48,888 bases of DNA. It comes from Nemertoderma westbladi (Eukaryota > Animalia > Xenacoelomorpha). Of the stretch, positions 1 through 13,549 are shown in pieces (the stretch's first letter is position 1; each line of letters begins with the position of its first letter). A program made the position numbers and the translations under genes. The stretch covers positions 1-48,888 of the forward strand of contig JAUCBJ010005292.1 of assembly GCA_032718475.1 (NCBI GenBank), read 5' to 3'. Below the pieces are notes generated by a model. The model did no database searches, was not told the DNA's origin, and saw only the letters and a program-made list of their open reading frames with translations.

Positions 1-99
1 GATGTTTCGCAAACGGGTCAATTTTCGGGTGAAATGTTGATAACTTTATGTTGATAACTTATCAACTTATCACTTTATGTTTAATATTAGTTTATAATT

Positions 100-880
100 G
101 GAGCAAAACTGGAGCTCATTAGAACAGGCTGCTTCTAGTGTTGGTCTTTTTATTAACTCCCAAAAAGACCAAAGTTTTGACAGTTCAATTTGAAAGTCCT
201 CATCAAGTATCTGATCGGATGAGCATAAGCTCAAAGGATGGTGTGCTTGAGCATGTGGACGACTTCTGTTACCTGGGATCATGGATCCGGAAGTCAGATG
301 AGGACCTTCGAATACGTAAGGGAAAGGCATGGGCAGCCTTGAAAAGGCTTTCCAGGATTTGGAAGTCACAGAGAATTAATCGGAAACTTAAGGTCCGATT
401 ATTTAGAGCAGCAGTAGTTCCAGTACTTCTCTATGGGAGTCCATGCTGGGCTCTAACTGCTGAGGACACCAAATCTCCGGATGGCACATTCACAAGAATG
501 CTACGCCGGGTTCATTGTTAAAGTACAATGCACACATCTACAACCTGACACTATATTATAACATTGGAGGTGTCTCATTGGTTCCCCCAAGCTTGACACT
601 AGAACAAAATCGCCTCCGCTTTGCAGGACATTGCTTTCGCCGTGAGGACCAGCCAGTGCATAATCTTGTACTTTGGCAGCCTCATGGAGTGAATAAGCAT
701 GGTGGACAGCCCATGACTTTCTTGAGACGCATCTTAAAGGACACTGGCCTTGAAGATGCAGATGATCTAGCAAATGTCATGGGTGATAGGGAGTTGTGAC
801 GGCGCAATTTTGTCGACAAGCCGGCACAGCATTCTTAAAAATACAGCTGCAATGCAGCATGCCGATCCTAGTAGTAGCAG
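100..880 (+). mobile_element. RTE-clade LINE, 5'-truncated degenerate copy (3' part of ORF plus 3' UTR)
   Basis: ORFs 138-521 and 515-799 give post-RT motifs (DFCYLGSWI, AWAALKRLSRIWKS, KVRLFRAAVVPVLLYGS, RLRFAGHCFR). Ends in a CTAGTAGTAG tail. Highly similar to 35470-35810 (-) and 4659-4915 (-). Confidence 0.9.
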
Positions 881-952
881 GAACAAAATATATTCATCAT
901 CAAAATTATGTTGGTGTGGTGGATTCGGCTGGGCCTGTGTTTGCGGATCCAG

Positions 953-1038
953 GGCCGTGAATTTTTCATGGCTTTGTTGGCCGTGAATTTTTCATGGCTT
1001 TGTTGGCCGTGAATTTTTCATGGCTTTGTTGGCCGTGA
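953..1038. repeat. 26-bp tandem repeat, about 3.3 copies (GGCCGTGAATTTTTCATGGCTTTGTT)
   Basis: Direct repeats read from the sequence. Confidence 0.9.
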
Positions 1039-2329
1039 AAGGATTCCAAATATGATTTGAGTTTGGTTGTGAAATAGCCAAGATATGGACATTTCGAATG
1101 TCCCATTTGTAGATGGCCAATAATGAATACATTTAACCCCATTAGTACCGGGCTATAAAATGTCGTGTAAATATATTCAACCCCCCCCCCCCCCCCCCCC
1201 CCCCTCCTCTAAAATCTACAAACTTAAACGAAAACGTGTGAATTTTTGTTTGTACGTAGGGTTCACTAGTCTTAAGTTAGTTAATTAGAACGAAAAATAA
1301 TTTTCTAAATAAATTACTGGGGTGGATATTTTGCAGTAACAAAATTTCAAGTAGTGAAAAATTTTCAAAAAATTTAAAATTTTCGGCTAATATTTTTTCA
1401 ATACAGATTTTCTGGGGCACTGAATCCATTGGAAAATATTAAAAAATGATATGATTACTATAAATGGCAGTGTTAGTCCTCTACCTAGGCAAAAAAAATA
1501 AAAAAAAACAAGTAACCAGCACTTTTCAGTTTGAACACTAAATTTTTAATTCACTTATACGAAGCTAAAAATTCACATTTTCAGGTTTTCTGGGGAGCTG
1601 ATTCTAATGGAATACAGTTCTAATTTTTCAGATCAGTGCTACTCGTATTTTTCAACGTAATATGGCAAATTTTGGTGCTATCACCGAATATTTCGCACCC
1701 AACGCAAAAAACAATTTTTATTGCTATTTTTATTGATTCCATCGGATTCAGGACCCGTATAAACCCATATAACGCAAGAAACAAGATGATACTATCTATT
1801 GATCAATTTTGCTTTATTTTCAAAAATTTGGTGCTGGCATAAATAATTCCACCCCCCGCCGAAAATACAGGTTTGTTAACTCTTATGCAATTTTTACTTA
1901 TTCCAATGAATTCAGAACCCTCTACAAACCCGTATACCGTAAAAAACAAGGCGACACTATCAATTTATATATTTTATGGGATTCAAAATTTGGTGCTAAA
2001 ATTCGAAAAATAAGTTGTCACACACAATATATATATATGTTTATTGACAAAAGAAATATTAAAGGGCAGATAATTAATTGATTAACATATTGAATAATAT
2101 CAATTACACAAAAAACCCTTCTTTAGTCCAAATGATATTACAAATCTTATATCATTAGAATATAAAATAATATAAGAGTTACCCTATAGCACAAAAGAAA
2201 AAGAAGAAAGATGCCTACAGTATAATGAATATTACTCAAAAAGTTCAGTACTTCATAAACAAACTCACAAACGATTCTAGGCGATGTACTAAATTGGCGA
2301 CTATGGAGGTTCTCCAAATTCGAAAACTG

Positions 2330-4200
2330 TAAACTAATGCGCAAACTTACCCCTAATATGTTGTGTTAAACTACAGGTATGTAAACAATATATGAGATTC
2401 ATTTTGAATTGACACGTTATCACAACTACATACTCTCTGATCTCTAGGTGTCCTACTCCATCGTCCTTTTTCTATTCTGAGGTTATGTGATGACAAGCGT
2501 AACCTAGTAAAACTTTTTCTAAGGTAATCTGGAATGTAACTTTTAGACGAGTAAATAACGTGGGGTGTAAAGTGTACTATTTATTTCGGATCTATAAAAG
2601 ACAAACTTACTTGCTGTCTCGGGTTTATTTAAAACAACACCTTTACTTTTTTCAAAACTATTACATATAGTACTATTATTATCTAAAACTGACATTAACA
2701 TATTATATAACCCGGCGTTTTCTCGCTATTATAACACAGATGCAGTACTTGGTGAATTGGTAAATTACGAATCTTACAGTTCAGTAGTTTTCGTATGTAA
2801 TTTTTCCTATTTTTATTTATGATGTCAAGCAATCTTGGGAAACCACTTTCAATAAAGCATAAATCATTGGGTGTCTGCTGTCTGACTGATAGTATAACTT
2901 TAATCATTTTCATGTATAAACACTCTAAGGATTTAACATCATCAGTTAACCACGATTCACTAGCGTAAAGCATCGATGAAATTACTTATGCGTTTAGCAC
3001 TTGCTTTTTAAAAATGAAAGGAACATTACAATTTTTACTACAGAAAATAATAAATTTATTCATTGTGTCAAGACATAACTTTTCATGTAGCTTCAAAACG
3101 CTAGACATTCTACCATCATCCGTAAATATTGACCCTAGGTACGTATAATTGTTACAGTACGAAATAATTAAATCATCAACGCATAGATCATATTTATCTA
3201 TCTCTTTACCATTTATTACAAAATACTTTGTTTTTTTGGCGTTAATACGCATACCATATATTCTTGGCAATATTGCTGTAGGACTTTTATTTTTCCAACG
3301 CAGTTCTCAATGGTAGTGGACAGTATCACGGTGTCGTTAATAGTAGAACTTGGAGCGTTCCTGTACAGCAAGGTCTATAAGTAGCCGTAAACTGATAATT
3401 TATTCCAAGCACCCCCTGTGTGTCTGTCCACCTACCTGCCTGGCAACTATCTATTGACCACCACTTTAGAAGTCTAGCATTAATCATCATGTCATACAGT
3501 TTGGCTAGAGTTGTAGATACACTGATACCCCGGAAGTTACCGCAAATATTTGGTTTCCCGGATTTAAATATGGTTATGAGTTTAGTATAAGCCCATCTAC
3601 TAGGAACCCACTGAAAAGTAAAAACTAGATTAAACACTGTAAGAAAAAATAATATCCAGTTCCCTGGTAACAATATAAACAACCTCGGATCAATCCCTAT
3701 AACCCTTATTCGGCTTTATTTCACTAAGTACTGAAGCGAATTCCTGTTCAGTGAACGGATCATCTAGACACGGTATATAAGGGCTATTCTCTCCGATGAG
3801 GCTATCTAATTCAGGTTCGTTTGCTGGGTTTAGTAGTTCCTCGAAATGCTTGCGGAACTCATCGTCAGATGGCTGATTTGCCAGATGCTAAGAATTCGCC
3901 CTTCCAATTCAATGACTTCCATATGTTATTGGGGTTGTTTTCGGTTAAGATACTCTCCCAGCTAGTGGGTTAGATTCCGCAACATTTTCAATTACGGAAG
4001 TAGCAACTTATATACCATTATCGAGGCTGTGTGCCGATAGCCCAGCGTGGAGGTCTGGCGGTTTAATCCTCTCCAACTGCTCCACAAATAATCTCTGGTT
4101 CACCGATTTCACAGAGCAGCCTTTACGGTCAATTGTCTGCTGGGATTTGAAACACCGAGGGTTATCATACAACGTTTGCCCGAGCACTGCAGCCTATAAC
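2330..4200 (-). mobile_element. Degenerate non-LTR retrotransposon, RTEX-like
   Basis: RT fragments IFKSG..NFRGISV..LAKLY, GMRINAKKTK..YTYLGSIF, LYASESW. The minus strand at about 2385-2520 translates RLRLSSHNLRIEKGRW..RVCSC..NESHILF, a C-terminal motif typical of RTEX. Stops, frameshifts and an internal RT deletion are present; boundaries approximate. Confidence 0.75.
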
Positions 4201-4658
4201 AAATCACGGCACTATAACAAAAAACCACGGGGGTTATATTGACCCCCCCCCCCCCCCCCCGGGTTTACTATTGCATTGCGTAGCTATTCAAGACATAATG
4301 TTCCAGAATAAATGGCATAGATAATAAAATTGCCTCGTGCATATTTAAAACCAATGGACGCATATCCTATTTTGTTTGTGTCTGTGTCTCGTTCGCGTCT
4401 GTTTGAGTACCGGCCGTCGCCAGATTCCCAGCCAGGCAATATCAAGCACGCCATGGAATGGAGGAGATGGAAGTTGCGTGGAGGAATTTAAATAATAAGT
4501 TAATAATGTTTATATCAATTAAAAACACATTTCTTAAAGAAAATCACTTGACCTAATTAAAAGCTATAATGGAATGGGGTATGGGGATTCCAGCTGTATA
4601 ATTTTTAAGTATAATTAATTATTTAAATCTTATACTAGAAAATATTTAATTTCCAATA

Positions 4659-4935
4659 GGACTACTAGGATCGGCATGCTGCATTGCAGCTGCATTTTTA
4701 AGAATGCTGTGCCGGCTTATCGACAAAATTGCACCGCCACAACTCCCTATCACCCATGACATTTGCTAGATCATCCGCATCTTCAAGGCCAGTGTCCTTT
4801 AAGATGCATCTCAAGAAAGTCATGGGCTGTCCACCATGCTTATTCACTCCGTGAGGCTGCCAAAGTACAAGATTATGCACTGGCTGGTCCTCACGGCGAA
4901 AGCAATGTCCTGCAAATGGATTACTATGGATTACA
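4659..4935 (-). mobile_element. Short 5'-truncated RTE insertion with 13-bp TSD
   Basis: Reverse complement of about 620-875, flanked by TTAATTTCCAATA at 4646-4658 and 4936-4948. It interrupts a copy of the dispersed repeat seen intact at about 17580-17995. Confidence 0.9.
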
Positions 4936-5158
4936 TTAATTTCCAATAATGAAGGCAGAAAATGCTGTACTTTAGCGTAATCAACTTAATTAACTAATCA
5001 ACTTCGTTTTATCTTAACTTCTCTAAGGCCACACGCAAATTCAACTGCAAAAAATTGGAAAAAAAATTCTAAACTTTTGCCAGACTACAGGTGTACTACG
5101 TTTGGTTAGATTTCAAAGAGGATTGATCGAGTTCTTAAAGTTCAAAATTGGTCACGAC

Positions 5159-5260
5159 TAGGGCTCAACAGAAGCTTCGGCTTCGGTTCGGTTCGGGCCG
5201 AAGTTTGGCAATTTCGGTTCGGTTCGGCTTCTGCAATTGATACTGCAGAAGCCCGGAGCA
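5159..5260 (+). mobile_element. Possible hAT-like MITE terminus (TAGGG start, TTCGG subterminal repeats)
   Basis: TAGGGCTCAAC followed by several TTCGG units. No partner end found. Confidence 0.3.
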
Positions 5261-7945
5261 AACTTTGCTAAATATTCCAAGTATTACATTGACTGATTGA
5301 GCTAAGACCAGAAGACAGTAAGACTAATCAATCTGTCCATCGTTGTACAAATTAATTTTGGGGTGTAAACGTTAAGCAGACCGAACGAACGACAGGTTGA
5401 TTAATGGTACCCCTACGCTAAGGCTCGCCTTACAATGTGGCTTGCCCCACATGCAGACAAATTTTACCCTAAAACCAATCATCCGAATAATGCAATACCC
5501 GGTGACGAAAACAGTCATTAAATATTATAAAAATAATAATTAGCCTTATGAGATGAACCTATTCATTGTTTATAAAGATAGATCCAAGTTGGGTTATAAT
5601 AGACACAATTAAGTGGCTGTTTATAATAAATCAATGCATTATGTAAATTTAAAATCGGGATTAATATTAATTGTGTGTGTTGTGTTCGCAATAATAAACA
5701 TGACAAATGAAATCCAGGGAGAGAGAGTGCCAAGCTAATAAACATAGGCCTACAGTACTATCGGTATACAATACATATTTAGGGTTCAATCAACCAAACT
5801 AAAATATCATCCTTATACCGTAGGCCTACTACATTTGTCCTCAGATTAACGACGCCGTTATAAATTAATTTACATTTTTATTATATTATGACCGAAATAT
5901 TTAATCTTTATTAGTTTACATTTTCTACTGGTGTGAAAATAGGAGATTATTAGACATATAAAATTATGCGGTGCCGGGCGCAGGTTATTGTGTACAAAGT
6001 GTTTACAGGTTTGACTCCTTGCGACGGTACATTGTCACGCGGCCTCTGCAATTTTCTAGGACATATTTTTATCAAATGCTAATAAAGAATGTTTTCAGAA
6101 ATAGGGATTGTAGGGTAAAAATATCTAGGGTATATCTATTTCAATTTTCATCCGATCTCACTAGCGCAATGTTGGTGAAATGAAACAAACTAAATTTTCG
6201 AAATACTATATAAATAAGATATTTATTAATTATTAATGGTTCTGATTTTAATTTTGCATCACTTTGTTCGGCATTATTTGGAGAGACACAATGCTAGTGG
6301 CTGAAGACGGATCCCATACGGATATCCGAATGGGGCGATGGTCCGAAAAGTTAGATTAAAGGAAAGGCGCAAGTTACATTGTAACGCTATTGTAACCAAC
6401 ACAATAAATGATAGCCAATAGAACAGGTTATACTGTAGTTAAATTTTGTGCAAGGCGAAGCGGTGAACCTGGAGGCTGCCTATATTCGGTCGGTACTTCG
6501 ACCAAATAGCTGGAGACCGCCATGTCAGAATTAATGTCAGTTCGTCATTAGGGCCAACATTTACATTTACATAATCAAGTTGTCTAGCAAAATTGGAAAT
6601 TAATAAGTAATTGTATCTAATAATTATACAGTTAGTCAATTAATTCGGACAAAGTTCAATGATTTATTTAATTTAACGGGTTCCATCGGGTTTATATACT
6701 CTATACTCAAACACAGTAAATAACTTTTTTAATATTGACTTATTCATCTTTTGTACGTAAATATTGATTAGATCATCATTCAATTATAATAAATATTCTT
6801 AATTAATTTTATTAATTTTCGACAACTTTAAGGAGGGGATCCCCCCCCCCCCCCCCCCCCATGAACCTTTTTTTTTATGGTTGTCAAAACTGTTAAATAA
6901 TAATTTTTCTATTTTGTTATGGCCAACCACTGTATGGAAAGCCAAATAACCTCTATAGGAAAATTTGAAAATTTATAGCCTCCCCCTAGAGGCTGGCGGA
7001 GGAATTAAAGATTTCACTAAAAATGCTAACTAGTCCCTCAATCTTGGTCTAAATTTCTTCAAACCAACTTTTTTGGACTCAGCGTCATGGACTCTACAAA
7101 AGATACTTGATATAATTTTTAATTAGCAATTTTCATTTTCATTAATTAAATTAATTAATTAATTATCATATTTTTAATTAAAATTGGCAAATTACACAAA
7201 ATGGTAATACTGTATTTCTCAAAATTCCATAGGATAAGTTTTAAAGAGTTTCCAAAGCTCGTCCGAATGAGCCAAAAACGAAGAAAATTGGTTGAAAAAT
7301 GACGGAGGAGTAGTAATTTGAAAATGAAAAATATCAATCCTAGGAAATGTCCTTCACAGTTTAAACCCTTCCGCCAAAATTGGCTGTCTGTCTGTTTGGT
7401 TAATTATTTCTGGCACGAAGGAAGCACACCAACAAGATAAAATTTTCATTACGGGGTTTTTCGGGGTCGCTGAGTTCATTTCCGATGTCAATTTCAATGT
7501 TTGGTGGAATCTAGTCTGACTGTCTGTCGGTCTTCTGGCTTTCGTACAATTTGATGGACAGACCGTTTTGCGGAAAAACAGTGATAACTCGAGAACTAAA
7601 AGACTTTAAATAATTAATTTACATTTCCTTGACTATTTATTTTTCAGAATAATATAGTATTATAGGACCAGAAAGTATCGGAGAAGCTCCTGTTACAGAA
7701 AATCAGATGTTCGGCCCAGCTGTATTGGGTTTTGCACTCGATGGCATTTTAGATAAACAATTTTAGGTAAGCCTACTAAAACAATGCCAACTCGTGCAAA
7801 ACCAAATACAAAATAAATATCAGCATCCTAAGATATATCCAAGTCCGTTATACTCCGGTGCTCCGTTATACCACCTAAGTTATAATGTTTATAAAGATAT
7901 AATTATTTATAATTTCTTCGAATACCATGTGAAGGTCGGTACATT

Positions 7946-8515
7946 ATGTACCAACTCAATATTATACTTGGCGCGTTGATTATAACATGTTGCAACGCAC
8001 AGTTGGACTGTCTTAAAGAAGTTGAATCAAATGTAAATACAGGAGATACCAATATCGATGACGCGTTGAAGTCTGTGTTTCAGGATGAAATCAAAACCAC
8101 TGTCGATAATAAATGCTCATCTTGTTCGAGAACTGTGTTGAAAGTGAGGTTTAGCATAGCCGGAGTGGACCACTCGGGTGTAGAGAGGACGCAGCGAATC
8201 TGTGAGACAGACGATAATCTGTGCCAACGCCATACCGATAAAAACGATTTTAACTGTACAGCTGGGAACCCCTTTAAAACGAAAACCTCAGACGCTATCA
8301 GTGGCCTGACACTAATAGAAGGCCCACCTGACATTGAATGTCACGTTTATTGCTGTTGGGATGATAAATGCAACGAGGACGGAAACCCCATTCTAACAAT
8401 CACTGTAATATTGGCTACATCGTGTTTCTCCTTGATTATCATATGTGTTTGTGCTAAAGTAAATATGTATCTTAAATTTTCCTGCAAAAAAAATCGTCAG
8501 CAAAATGTACCATAA
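7946..8515 (+). CDS. Intronless Ly6/uPAR (three-finger)-like membrane protein, 189 aa
   Basis: Hydrophobic N-terminal signal (MYQLNIILGALIITCCNA), Cys-rich ectodomain ending in CCWDDKCN (CCxxxxCN signature), then a hydrophobic segment (ILTITVILATSCFSLIIICVCA) and a short basic tail. Confidence 0.7.
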   Translation: MYQLNIILGALIITCCNAQLDCLKEVESNVNTGDTNIDDALKSVFQDEIKTTVDNKCSSCSRTVLKVRFSIAGVDHSGVERTQRICETDDNLCQRHTDKNDFNCTAGNPFKTKTSDAISGLTLIEGPPDIECHVYCCWDDKCNEDGNPILTITVILATSCFSLIIICVCAKVNMYLKFSCKKNRQQNVP

Positions 8516-8599
8516 GGTCGAAATGGGCCACTTGTATATGAACAATTTCCGTAACGTTTTAACCGTTTTTTTTTATCTGATGGTGGGGGGGGGGGGGGG

Positions 8600-8735
8600 G
8601 GGGTGCATTGTAGATACAACTATTTCTGGTACTCATTTCGCTACGAAAACTTGCACCACAAGCAGGGATCGAACCCACCACATCCGAAGGGATGTGAAGT
8701 CAATGAACGGATTTCACCACTTCGCCATAACCATG
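8600..8735 (-). mobile_element. tRNA-derived SINE head (Pol III A and B boxes)
   Basis: Minus strand: A box TGGCGAAGTGG (8717-8727), B box GGTTCGATCCC (8665-8675), with hairpin CACATCC-CTTC-GGATGTG between them. No full cloverleaf. Confidence 0.55.
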
Positions 8736-8959
8736 CAATCAATATCTGAAACAGAAAAGTACAGTATTACTGTGGCATTGTACAGTAATGATATACATAC
8801 AGTAATAAGTGCGTCGTCCATTTAAAAGTGATTATTAATCCATTATTATTGGTATTGGCCATATGGCGAGTGAAATTTAAAACCCTCACCAAAGTGCTTT
8901 TTATATCACAAATGTATAAACTCGTACTGTGTCAGGTACCCTCGAATGCGCACCATCTA

Positions 8960-11440
8960 TACACGTTCGTGGGGCCTTCGCGCAGCACGAGGTTCAAATA
9001 TGAGATACAGATGAATTGTATCACAAATTCGGTATCTAAGAAATTTAACCAAACAACAGTAAATCAAGAGAGGGAAAAGAATAATTAAATATCGCATATT
9101 ATTTAATTTACTTAACCAACAAAGAAATCACTAAACTCATGTTAATGGTAACATGTTAAACTCATAAAGTAATATATTAAATATTTTAGGCGCGGAGGCG
9201 ACCCAATTTGTAAGAAATATACAACTTAGCTTATGCCGATAGTATTGATACTGAGATATTAATTTATCATGTCAACAACTCAACGAAATTATTTAGCTAA
9301 TTATTCAAATCTAAAGAATCATGATTCAGTACTCGGCCAATTATTTTGTAAGCTAAACACAATAACCAAGCTGTCTTATTAGTCTGGTAAATTACAATGC
9401 TGCCTTTGAGTAGAGGTGAGGTGTGTGGTTGGACTGGTTCCAAGCTAGGCTAGGCATGCCAAGGAAGGAGAGGGATGTATAGCTGAAGACGGTCAAACGT
9501 TTAGATCAAGTAAAAATACATTTCTTAAAGCAAATCTCTCGAACTAATTAAAAACTATAATGGAATGCGGTATGGGGAATACAACTGTATAATTGTTAAG
9601 TATAATTATTTAATTATTATACTAGAAAATAATTAATATCCTTTAAGAGGCAGGTTGAAATGGTGTTTTTACCCTAATTGTAAGTGTAAAACCTCCAAGA
9701 GGTTCATGGAAACTCGGTCGTATTCATAAATTATTACCTAGTTCTGATGGTCAAGTTCGTTCCGTAAAAGTAAAGCTTCCATCAAAGAAAATAATAGAAA
9801 GACATATAACTCTTTTATTCCCAATAGAATGTGACACACATACAGATAGCTCAATAGATAAACAATTAGACAGACCGAAACTAGCTATCAAGCCGAAACT
9901 GAAAGTAAATGAAGTCACATCCAGACCAAAACGAAAGGCAGCAATTAATGCGGAGAAGAATATTAAGAACTGTTATGAAGAAATTGAATAAATTTTTTAT
10001 TTATTTTTTAGTAATTTTTTGGTATTGGGAATGTCGCGAATGCAATAATTGGTAAAAAAAAGTATATAAATTGTATTTATTTTTGGTGTCGGGAGTGTCG
10101 CGAATGCAATGACAAGGATCTAAGTTCGTTTTACCCCTTACAGCAGCCTACTAACTGACTAACTACTATACTACTGTACCGGTACCGGGATCTAAGTACG
10201 AGTACAATACAGTGTGTCAGTACACGGTGCAGGATTGATGATATTGATAAATATTGTATATAATAATTCTAGCGATAAATGATACTTCTGTACTTTATTC
10301 TATTCCACTTAAATTCGCTACACTAATCTACTTAATTAACTAATTAACTGCTATTATCTTAGCTTCACGAAGGCCACACGGAAATTCAACTTGGAAAATT
10401 TCTAAACTTTTGCCAGACTAAATGTGTACCAAGTTTGTACAGTATAGATTTCATTAACATTTGGCTGAGTTAACGTTTAAAATTGAACACGTCTGAACGA
10501 CAAACACACCGATTGAGTTAGTGGTACCCGTATCCTTCTCGCTTACTTTCGTGGCTCGCCCTACAAACACGTTCGTGGGTACATCGCGCAGGACGATGGT
10601 CAGTTGTTAGCTACAGATTAAAATTGAGCAATTATATCCCAAAATCGGTACTTAAGAAATTTAAATAAATAATTAAGAAAATTTAATCAAACTTTTACTT
10701 TAAAGAAAACTTTCGCATTGGCAGCTTGGCATCGATGTCATAGAAGTCCACAGTCAAACTACTCATAAAATTCAATGCATTCTTCAGTCACCTGGTCTCG
10801 CTCATCGGTTAGTCCAGTTTGCCCGTAGCGCTAGCGCAGTAGCGATACCAAAAGTCGAGGTCGCCAACGACACTGCGCTGGGTATTGCAGTATTGGGCTG
10901 TTGGGGTACCTAGTGCAGTAGCGGATACCGGATCATGGAATAAAGGTTAGCTGGTACAACCTGGCAATATGTCAGTCTGTCTTAAGTCCGCACAATTTCA
11001 AAACTTCCATGGCTGCATGGTTGCCGTTGCCGAGCCGATTGGTGACCAACGACCAACGACCTGAAGACGGTACCGGTAACTCTGTACCACTGTAGCAGCA
11101 CCGGTACCGTACTGTAATCCTGCAGTCTCCTAGCAACCAGCTGATGCCAAGCCTAATAATTTTTGGATAGATAAATTTATTATAAATGCAAGACAGATAC
11201 ACATATGCTGCACGAAGACCCCACGCAAATTCAACTTGGAAAATTTCTAAACTTTTGCTAAGACTACTGTACATGTGTACCAAGTTTGGATATGTTTTAT
11301 CGACATTTGACATTTAGTTATTAACTTTTAAAATTGTACACAACAGATCAACAGAACAACAGAGCAATGAGCAACAGACACACCGATTGAGTTAGTGGTA
11401 CCCGTATGCTAAGCTCGCTTACTTTTGTCGCTCGCCCCAC
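8960..11440. mobile_element. Two head-to-tail copies of a dispersed non-autonomous repeat (family A), Helentron/HINE-like
   Basis: Starts ACACGTTCGTGGG (about 8960 and 10567) and ends GGTACCCGTAT..CTCGC..GCTCGCCC(C/T)ACAA (about 10565 and 11440). Related ends at about 5450, 17995, 29250 (rc), 39246 and 42070 (rc). The superfamily is inferred from the short subterminal inverted GTGGGGC/GCCCCAC. Confidence 0.5.
9679..10322 (+). mobile_element. Bel-Pao LTR retrotransposon fragment: integrase C-terminus plus one LTR (10096-10322), 5-bp TSD
   Basis: 9689-9991 reads KPPRGSWKLGRIHKLLPSSDGQVRSVKVKL..LFPIEC..RPKRKAA (DUF5641-like). GGGAG is followed by the LTR TGTCGCGAA...TTCGCTACA. CTAAT is duplicated at 9674-9678 and 10323-10327; the empty site is visible at about 17756. 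Confidence 0.85.
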
Positions 11441-12626
11441 AAACAAGAACCAAATAATTCCTAATTAACTCAGTTGATTTCTAACCTACATAAATAATAC
11501 TGATTTTCTTATTTCCAAAAAATACCAACTACGTCCTGATATCCTTCAGCAGCCAGCTGTGATGACATCATAAGCGGGGCACTCAGACAAAACACTTCCC
11601 TGAACTGGTTAGCGCTACTGATGTGGTCTGAACGTATAGTTAGTTGCATTATCCAAAGCAGTCCTGCTCTCATACCTATCGGCATTGGATCTGTTCAATA
11701 TGTGTTTCGCATCAGCTTTGTGTCCTGCAATAAGCTAATAAGTCATAAAAGGGAAAGGGATCAAAGAAAATACCTAACAGTTACCGAGGCATAGTACTGC
11801 TCTCGCATATGTCCAACATCAATCCAAGACGTTGTATTGTGAGAACGTGCCCTTGTCACCAGCGTTAATCATAATAAACTACTGTAGTTTCGGAGTCAAA
11901 GACCAATTAAGGTGACAGGAAAAATATAGGTTTACTGAGAAATATTTCAGCCAATAGGCCTTCTATCAAACTCAATTCAGAATATATCACACAACATAGA
12001 AGCACATTGATTATAGTTATACAGTAGATACAGAATACAATTTGAATTTCCTTCTGATATTGCACCAAAAATTAAACGATCTGTTTCTAATTTTAATTGC
12101 ACCAAATTAAAAAAATATAATGTAAATTAATTTTAAATTGAATAATAACTATTTACATCATTGTGTGCAAAGTAGTACTTTGCAACGTTTTGACCGGTGT
12201 TTATTTATGTACCGAGCGAGCGCAGCTAGGGGGTTTACATAAATAAACAAGGTTCATACTCATAACTGACCATAGATGAAAAGTGACCTTTGCAAGCAAT
12301 AATGTATGTAATTTTGTTACATTACGTCAATTTATCAGCGCTCGGTATGTGAAGAAAGGATTTTATAGATGCTCATTTAAACAATTAATCTTGTACTATT
12401 TCGAATATAAGTGAAATTTATTAACAGGTACACAGTATTAATTATACATTTATATCTAATTAAAGTTTATTGTTGTTATCTCCTGTATGGATGTGATAAA
12501 TATTTGACCCATCCTGACATTGGTCGACTGAAGCAAAGCAAAGCAAGTGTTCAGTTTTACTGAACACTGTCGCCATTTTCTTTGCTCATTTTCTCTAAAG
12601 TGTTTCTATTGGACGTTTCGACATAA

Positions 12627-13549
12627 CCCAGTGAAAAATGCGCATGCGTATCGCAAGTGATTTTAAAGCGTCATGCGTTTTTATTGCGGCTCAATAAATA
12701 GCGATAAAACTCTTGTGATTCGCATGTGAATCACATGTAAAATAGGGAAGCGATTCCACGCATGCGATTCACAACTTATTTTACGCATGTGATTCCGTGC
12801 ATGAAAATCGCATGCGAATCACACCCCATTTAACGCTTATTTTACGCATGTTTTACACCATGAGAATATCATGCGTTAATTCCCATATGAATCGCATGTT
12901 TATAATTACACTAAAGATTATTAGTTAAAATAAAGTTGCCTATCAAGAAATAAATAGTTTTAAAATATAAAATTGATGTATACGAATTATCTAATATGGC
13001 TGTCGAATACAGAGATTATATTAATATATTTTATAGAATAGAAAATTATAGGGAATAGTTAAGAGTGTATCATGGTTATTCTAATCTATTTGTATTATCC
13101 TCTATATAACCAACCATTTCTAGTATTGATTCATACAGCATGTCTAACGTTCTAAGTCTAGAGAGTGTAATGTAATGTAATGTAAGGTAAGTACAGTAGT
13201 CAGATGATACGGAAGCCCGTAGTATCAAACAGTAGTGGAATAATCAACTACTGTATCATATTTTCTGTCACAAAGGTCTCAATATATTACACAAAACTCA
13301 CAACCAGTAGATTTTTGCGATATTTATGCGCCATGACGCTTGAAAGTCGCAAGTGAATCGCATGCGAGTTTTATGCGACTGAACGCAAGTTGTTGTGATT
13401 TTTATGCGACTTAACGCAAGTTGTTGCGATATTTATGTGACATAACTCAAGTAAATCGCTTGCGTAAAGGTCGGGCCATAACTCTTGGGAATCACTTGAG
13501 ATACGCCTGCGTTGCACGCTTGCGATACGCTTGCGCACTTTTCACTGGG
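12627..13549. mobile_element. Non-autonomous TIR element with CCCAG termini and 2-bp TSD (CMC/EnSpm-like)
   Basis: About 33-bp TIR CCCAGTGAAAA(A/G)TGCGCA(T/A)GCGTATCGCAAG, with AA duplicated. The empty site ACATAATGG is in the duplicate at about 19198-19206. Confidence 0.85.

Noticed and set aside
1133-1160. piggyBac-like TTAA|CCC terminus
   Set aside because: No matching opposite end found in the window.
5971-6183. Possible C2H2 finger (DSLRR)
   Set aside because: The required Cys/His spacing is absent.
8650-8735. Functional tRNA (including tRNA-Sec, because of CTTCA)
   Set aside because: No convincing acceptor or anticodon stems; better explained as a SINE head.
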